NCBI GenBank assembly: GCA_018902845.1
Contig: JAHIPV010000007.1
Location: 6,989 to 70,988, forward strand
DNA from: Patescibacteria group bacterium
GTDB taxonomy: Bacteria > Patescibacteriota > Microgenomatia > UBA12405
Direction: 5' to 3'
DNA length: 64,000 nt
Shown one piece after another: positions 58,393 to 64,000 of the stretch; the first letter of the stretch is position 1; each line of letters opens with the position of its first letter. The translations under genes were made by a program, and so were the position numbers. Below the pieces are notes generated by a model. The model was not told where the DNA came from. It ran no database searches and was given only the letters and a program-made list of their open reading frames with translations.

Positions 58393-59166
58393 GCTTATTT
58401 TTTGGTAATTAAAAGTATTTTTTTTGTTGTAGAAATTTTTAGGGTAATTTTTAAAATCATATAAGTCTGCTATTAATGAAATTTTTGATTTAACAAAGTT
58501 AACAAATCTCATGTCTTTTTTAATAAATGCTCGTTGTACTGCCCAAGCCATATAGTCTACAACCTGAAGGCATGGTTCGCCTATTGTAGTTTGAGGAAAG
58601 ATATTAATTTGCGAATTTACTTTTGTTTGCCATTTTTTTTCAAAAAGAAGTTTTGCCTTAGTTATAGCTTCTTCGATAGGTTTTTGTCTAGCGCGATTAC
58701 CTCTAACCGCAAGATAGATAAGATTTTCTTCGGCTAGGTGTAATTGGTTTTTAAAAAGTTTGCTAATCAAATCGTCATAAAATATGTCTGGATTTTTTTT
58801 GTGTCTTTTTATAAAAATTGATTCCAATTTTCTAGCAATATAAAATTCTGCCTTGAAATTTAATTTATTTATTGCTTTAAAAACTTTCTCTCTAACTTCT
58901 GGGCAATCATCTTTGGCATGGAAAGTAACAAGAGATTTTTTAAGTGAAGGAATACCGTTTAGATACTTTTCTTTAGCTATGGTTAAGTGTACTTTTTTGA
59001 GAGCGGATCTAATTGAAGTGGGATTTTGAGTTTTAATAAAACCCAAAATAAGTATTTTGGAACATCCCTCCTTATCAACTATATAGTTTCCAAAACGATC
59101 ATAAAAATAAGGATCTCCTGACTCGTCTACAAAATAGTAGCATTTTTTAACATTGTTTTTTTTCAT
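58384..59166 (-). CDS. DUF3800 family protein (RNase H-like)
   Basis: YFVDESGD, FHAK, LQVVDYMAW. Confidence 0.85.
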   Translation of the reverse strand: MKKNNVKKCYYFVDESGDPYFYDRFGNYIVDKEGCSKILILGFIKTQNPTSIRSALKKVHLTIAKEKYLNGIPSLKKSLVTFHAKDDCPEVREKVFKAINKLNFKAEFYIARKLESIFIKRHKKNPDIFYDDLISKLFKNQLHLAEENLIYLAVRGNRARQKPIEEAITKAKLLFEKKWQTKVNSQINIFPQTTIGEPCLQVVDYMAWAVQRAFIKKDMRFVNFVKSKISLIADLYDFKNYPKNFYNKKNTFNYQKISPL

Positions 59167-60728
59167 TTGGCCAATTTGTAAATTTCAAACGGTAGTTGGG
59201 CGAAAGAGATGTGGAGATGATCGAGAGTGTTTCGGTCAACAAATTTGGTGGGTGCAAAAACTAGACGTTGTTTGCCACTTGGATTACCAAGCGCTTTTGC
59301 CATTTCTAGAGTTAACGCGGTGGATTTTAGATATTTAAGATTAGGTTTGTAGAATAGATAGATTTGATAGTCTTTACTTTGGCCGATGAAATTTTTGTTT
59401 TGATTAACTTTGGATTCATCAAATTCTTCTCCTGTGGCGGTATAAAAAACGTATCGAGCTAAATCAATATAAGATGGCAGTTTTTTGCCGGATAAAATTT
59501 CTTCCATTTCAATAGCATTGCCAAGATTGAAATAGCTAAATGTGCCAGAGATACCTTTCTTGATTACTCTTCTGACTCTTTCGGCCGTGATTGTATCGGC
59601 ATAATCTTCCATCTCTACTAAAATAAATTTTCTATTTCCCCCATCTTCTTTATTTAAATCCAACACCGCCTGTGCTGTTGTTCCACTTCCGGCAAAAGAA
59701 TCAAGAATAATACTGTTTTTGTCTGTTGATAGTTGCAGGATTCTTTTAATCAAAGAAACAGGCTTAGGTGAATCAAAAGGATTATTTTTAAACAAACTTT
59801 TGATATCTTTTTTGGCATTATCGTTGCTACCAACTTCGTTATGAGTCCAAATTGTCATAGGGGTAAGATTTCCCATTTTAGAAAGATATTTTTTCATTCT
59901 AGGTACGGCATTTCCATTTTTACCAAACCAAATCCTTTTTTCTTTTTCTGCTATTTTCAGGCTCGTTTTACTGTATCGGGAAAAAGTTCCTGGAGGTGGT
60001 GACCAAGTAACTCCATTTTTAAATGTATAGCTATAAGATTTATCTGAACCACTTTTGGCGTGAAGAGGTTGACTCATCCAAGAACCCTTTGGGTCATTAT
60101 CGGGATTAGAATATCTTATATTTTGTTTTTTAGTTCGAGGTAATAGTTTTATATTAAAATTATTTATATTTTTACTAAAAACTACGATAAAATCGTGATT
60201 GTCTGAAAAATATTTAGCGTCATTACTTCTTGTGTATTTTTTTTGCCAAATTACATTGGTAATAAAATTTTCTTCTCCAAAAATTTCATCCATCAACATT
60301 CTTAATCTATGCTGTTCGTTGTCATCAATGCTAATAAAAATTACTCCATCTTCTGATAAAAGTTCTCGTAAAAGTTTTAAACGAGGTGTCATCATACAAA
60401 GCCATTTGTCATGACGAGTCAAATCGTCTCTATCAACTACTTTTTTGAGCCAGTCTTTAAACATGGGATGACTAAGATTGTCATTGTATGCCCATTTTTC
60501 GTTGCCGGTATTGTATGGTGGATCGATATAAATACATTTGATTTTTCCGGCATAGGTGGGGAGCAGTGCTTTGAGAGCCTTGAGATTATCGCCATGAACA
60601 ATGAGATTATCGCGGAGATTGACTTTATCAGTAACACTTTTGTTTTTTTTAGGAATTAGCTGATGGTATTTTACACCCAAGTGATGGTTCCAAATAATGC
60701 TTTTGCCTTTAAAGTTAATTTGTGCCAT
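59163..60728 (-). CDS. type III R-M adenine methyltransferase Mod
   Basis: GDNL.ALK, IYIDPPY, ILDSFAGSGTT. Confidence 0.93.
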   Translation of the reverse strand: MAQINFKGKSIIWNHHLGVKYHQLIPKKNKSVTDKVNLRDNLIVHGDNLKALKALLPTYAGKIKCIYIDPPYNTGNEKWAYNDNLSHPMFKDWLKKVVDRDDLTRHDKWLCMMTPRLKLLRELLSEDGVIFISIDDNEQHRLRMLMDEIFGEENFITNVIWQKKYTRSNDAKYFSDNHDFIVVFSKNINNFNIKLLPRTKKQNIRYSNPDNDPKGSWMSQPLHAKSGSDKSYSYTFKNGVTWSPPPGTFSRYSKTSLKIAEKEKRIWFGKNGNAVPRMKKYLSKMGNLTPMTIWTHNEVGSNDNAKKDIKSLFKNNPFDSPKPVSLIKRILQLSTDKNSIILDSFAGSGTTAQAVLDLNKEDGGNRKFILVEMEDYADTITAERVRRVIKKGISGTFSYFNLGNAIEMEEILSGKKLPSYIDLARYVFYTATGEEFDESKVNQNKNFIGQSKDYQIYLFYKPNLKYLKSTALTLEMAKALGNPSGKQRLVFAPTKFVDRNTLDHLHISFAQLPFEIYKLAK

Positions 60729-60732
60729 ATGA

Positions 60733-61656
60733 TTATAGTTTAATAAATCTTTCGTAAACTTGTTTTGTTAGAAAAAACGCATAATCAATATCAGTCTCTT
60801 CTAATAATACATATTCAGTATACCCGTTTGTCCATCGTCCCATTTTGGAAACATCTCTTAGTAGTTTTTCTGGATCTTTAAGAGTGTTAATTTTGGCTGG
60901 CAATGACAACTTTAATCCTCTTTTTTGAGGTACAATCTCCACAAGCCTTATTCTGTCGTTTACGAAAATTTTAATATAGTGTTTGGTTGCAGAAATATCA
61001 ATTTCTATCAGGGCCCGAATTCTTTCTATAAATAACTGGTAAAGGTCTAGGCTGTGTTTCCAGTTTGTTTTGAATAGATCTTCAACCGTATATTTCTTTA
61101 CTTGTTTTGAAACTGAACTCATCACTTCGTTTTTGCTTATTGTTTTAATCGATTCGCTACTGTTGGAAGATTTTAGTTGGTTAAATAGGATAATATTGTT
61201 GTTGTATTTTTTTGCTTCCCAAAGTTCAATTGGTAAATCTTTAAAGTTGATAGCATTTTGTTGGTAAGAGGTAAAAGAGTTGGCTATAAAAATAACCTTG
61301 GACTGGGACCAGTCTATTTTTACCTTGTCTAGGCTTTTACTGGTGTTTCGGATGTATTCGAGGATAAAAGAGTCTTTGTTGTTTAGCATTAATGACAAGT
61401 AAGCATAGCCTTGATCGACCACACTAAAACTCCTGTCTCTTTTGTATTCGATAATAACGAAAGATTGTGTTTCTTGATCAAAAGCGAGGGTGTCGATTCT
61501 AAAGTTTTGAAGTGAAAATTCTGATTTAATAAAATCAAGCCCAAATATTGTGAGGAGGTTATCTTCTGTTAATTTTTGGATATCTTTTTCCAAATCAATC
61601 TTTTTTTCTTCGATAGTTGTCAGTGTGTTGCCTTTTTGAACTTGAAAGATTGCCAT
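60733..61656 (-). CDS. NucS-like PD-(D/E)xK nuclease with DUF5655-like C-terminus
   Basis: EKDIQ, RIDTLA, IIEYK, DQG.AY; TKHYI, RDVS.MG.W. Confidence 0.75.
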   Translation of the reverse strand: MAIFQVQKGNTLTTIEEKKIDLEKDIQKLTEDNLLTIFGLDFIKSEFSLQNFRIDTLAFDQETQSFVIIEYKRDRSFSVVDQGYAYLSLMLNNKDSFILEYIRNTSKSLDKVKIDWSQSKVIFIANSFTSYQQNAINFKDLPIELWEAKKYNNNIILFNQLKSSNSSESIKTISKNEVMSSVSKQVKKYTVEDLFKTNWKHSLDLYQLFIERIRALIEIDISATKHYIKIFVNDRIRLVEIVPQKRGLKLSLPAKINTLKDPEKLLRDVSKMGRWTNGYTEYVLLEETDIDYAFFLTKQVYERFIKL

Positions 61657-61770
61657 GGTCTATTTTACCTTATATTTTGTGTTTATTTTGGTTTGGTTAA
61701 TAAGAAATAAATTTATAAAATCAGTTAAAACTATGTAGGAAAAAATTCAATGAAAATGTACACAAGCTGA

Positions 61771-62718
61771 TTAGTTGGTATTTGAGTTGTTTCTGATCTT
61801 TTTTATTTTTTTCTGAAAAACTTTTAGTTTTGTTTTTAATAATGATTTTGTAAGATTTTTTGGTGAATCACTAAAAGGCAAAAGATTTTCTTGTATTTGC
61901 TTCCAAAGTTCCAGTAATTCTGAAAGAAGTTGTTTTTTTTCTGAAAAACGATTGCCAATAAAAATTTGTGCGTAATCCATTTTGTCTAGATTTGAAAATT
62001 CAAAAGGAATTAGTTTAGTAAATTTTTGACTAAAAGTTTTGAAAGTTTGATTTAGATTTTCTTTTTCTAGTTGGTTAAGGGTTAGATCAATAAGCCGGTC
62101 AAAATGGTCTAGAAATTGGTTGTCTGACTTGTCTTCTTTGTCTCCTAGGTATTTCATACCTTTGTTATCTAGGCAATAATCTACAAAACCAAGGGCATCT
62201 CCTTTTGCGTAATGTTTTTCTTCTATCCAGCCTTTTCTGGATAAATAAAACAAATGATTTTCAAGTTTCGGAGAGTCAATATCAGAAAAACTTTTTTTTA
62301 TATTTATAAGACAGCTTGTTTTTGGAGGATAGTTCTCTTCTTTAATTTCGATCCCATCAAGGTGATATAAAATTCTGTCTATCAATTTTTTGTCTATTTC
62401 TATTTTTAGTTTGTAAATTATGTATCTGGTTGAATAACTACTATTTTGTATGTATTGAATACCGCGATTAGTTAAGGAGTAATCAACAAAACCAAGAGAT
62501 TCTCCTTTTGTGTAGTGTTTTTCTTTAATAAACTTTTCTCTGGTTAGATAGAGTAAATGATTGGCGGTTTTGGTAAAATTGTTATTGTTTTTGAAGAGTT
62601 TTTCATGCATTTTGGCACAGGTGTTTTTTGTGTTTGGGTAACCCTTTGAATGCGTTTTGGCGAGGTATTGCAGAATTTTATTAACCAGTTTTCTGTCTAT
62701 TTTTATTTTGTAAATCAT
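61771..62718 (-). CDS. hypothetical protein with two tandem winged-helix-like repeats
   Basis: duplicated NHL.YL.R..I.EKHY.KG..LGFVDY.L. Confidence 0.65.
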   Translation of the reverse strand: MIYKIKIDRKLVNKILQYLAKTHSKGYPNTKNTCAKMHEKLFKNNNNFTKTANHLLYLTREKFIKEKHYTKGESLGFVDYSLTNRGIQYIQNSSYSTRYIIYKLKIEIDKKLIDRILYHLDGIEIKEENYPPKTSCLINIKKSFSDIDSPKLENHLFYLSRKGWIEEKHYAKGDALGFVDYCLDNKGMKYLGDKEDKSDNQFLDHFDRLIDLTLNQLEKENLNQTFKTFSQKFTKLIPFEFSNLDKMDYAQIFIGNRFSEKKQLLSELLELWKQIQENLLPFSDSPKNLTKSLLKTKLKVFQKKIKKIRNNSNTN

Positions 62719-62828
62719 ATGTTTAGTTTAATATATTAATGTTTTTAATTGCAGAATGTGAAAAAAAATTTTTTAAGTCCTTGGGTTAAGTAATCTTTTG
62801 TGAAAATTGATCAAGTTGCTGGATAGGT

Positions 62829-63929
62829 ATGTATAATACAATTGTGACCGTAGAAGAAAAAATGAAATTGATTTATCAGGTTGGTGAAGAAGTGATTGGA
62901 GCTGATGAAATTAAGGCTAAGATGGAGCAGGGCAAGGAATTAATTGCTTATGATGGTTTTGAGCCTTCAGGTCGAATACACATTGCTCAAGGATTTGTTA
63001 GGGCTTTAAATATTCAAAAGATGCTGGAGGCGGGTATTCATTTTAAAATGTTAATTGCTGATTGGCATGCTTTTGCTAATAATAAAATGGGCGGTGATTT
63101 AAAAAAAATTAAAATAGTAGGAGAATACTTTATTGAAGTTTGGAAAGCCTGTGGACTAGATGTAGACCGTGTTGATTTTATTTGGGCATCAGATTTAGTG
63201 AAAAAGCCAAATTATTGGTTAACTGTTTTAAAAGTAGGTCGAGTAACTACTCTCAAAAGAATGATTCGTTGTTCTCAAATTATGGGTAGGAGTGACTCAG
63301 ACAATTTAACCGTTGCCCAAATAATGTATCCTGCGATGCAAGCAACGGATATTTTTTATCTTAAGGTTGATATTGCCCAATTAGGAATGGATCAAAGAAA
63401 AGTAAACATGCTTGCCCGTCAAATCGCTGACGAATTAGGGTATGAAAAACCAGCCGCAGTCCATCATCATATGTTAATCAGTCTAAAACCACCGACAGAT
63501 GTCATTCAAAATGTTGATGATAAATTAGAACGAACAATTGCTCTAAAAATGTCGAAGTCAAAACCAGATTCGGCCATTTTCATGACCGATACCAAGGAAG
63601 AAATTTATGAAAAAATTAAAAAGGCATATTGTCCCCCCAACGAGATTTTAAATAATCCGATATTGGAATATTTTAGGTATGTAATTTTTCCAAAGTTTGA
63701 AAAAATAGTAATTGAGAGAAAAGACGAATACGGAGGAAATGTTAGTTTTGAATCATATTCTGATTTGGAAAACAGTTATCAGGATGGAAAAATATTTCCG
63801 CTTGATTTGAAAGATAACTTGTCAAAATATTTAAACGATGTTATTGATCCTATTAGAAAATATTTTGAGAACAATTTAGAGGCAAGGAGATTAAAGGATG
63901 CGGTGGAGTCGTTTGAAGTGACGCGTTAG
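62829..63929 (+). CDS. tyrS: tyrosine-tRNA ligase, archaeal/eukaryotic type
   Basis: YDGFEPSGRIHIAQG, ADWHA, YPAMQATD, GMDQRK, KMSKS; no S4 domain. Confidence 0.92.
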   Translation: MYNTIVTVEEKMKLIYQVGEEVIGADEIKAKMEQGKELIAYDGFEPSGRIHIAQGFVRALNIQKMLEAGIHFKMLIADWHAFANNKMGGDLKKIKIVGEYFIEVWKACGLDVDRVDFIWASDLVKKPNYWLTVLKVGRVTTLKRMIRCSQIMGRSDSDNLTVAQIMYPAMQATDIFYLKVDIAQLGMDQRKVNMLARQIADELGYEKPAAVHHHMLISLKPPTDVIQNVDDKLERTIALKMSKSKPDSAIFMTDTKEEIYEKIKKAYCPPNEILNNPILEYFRYVIFPKFEKIVIERKDEYGGNVSFESYSDLENSYQDGKIFPLDLKDNLSKYLNDVIDPIRKYFENNLEARRLKDAVESFEVTR

Positions 63930-64000
63930 TGTTTTTTTAATCTTTCGTTTATTCTCGGAACAAGTTCGGGGAGTGAATCTGCTGAGAATCCGTTTGGATG

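Overview
AT-rich bacterial chromosome segment (standard code, strong G/T skew on the + strand). Gene content points to a Patescibacteria/CPR (Microgenomates-like) genome; this is inference. It carries a type IV pilus/adhesin operon, translation and housekeeping genes (rpsP, rnc, nusB, rpmF, recG, pheST, rplT-rpmI-infC, thrS, tig, efp, tgt, lexA, ppsA, archaeal-type tyrS) and 14 tRNA genes. A cysS + two radical SAM cassette lies between recG repeats. A defence region starts at tRNA-Glu (serine recombinase, Vsr/HpaII-like/Dcm, type III R-M, DUF3800). The most striking unannotated signal is several families of 15-35 bp palindromes. They scar partial duplicates of three tRNA genes (two of them directly in front of small GIY-YIG nuclease genes), scar an internal inverted attP-like copy, and sit in frame inside essential proteins. 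Thr- and Phe-rich leader peptides precede thrS and pheS. All calls were made by eye from the sequence and ORF track; no searches were run, so novelty is unverified.
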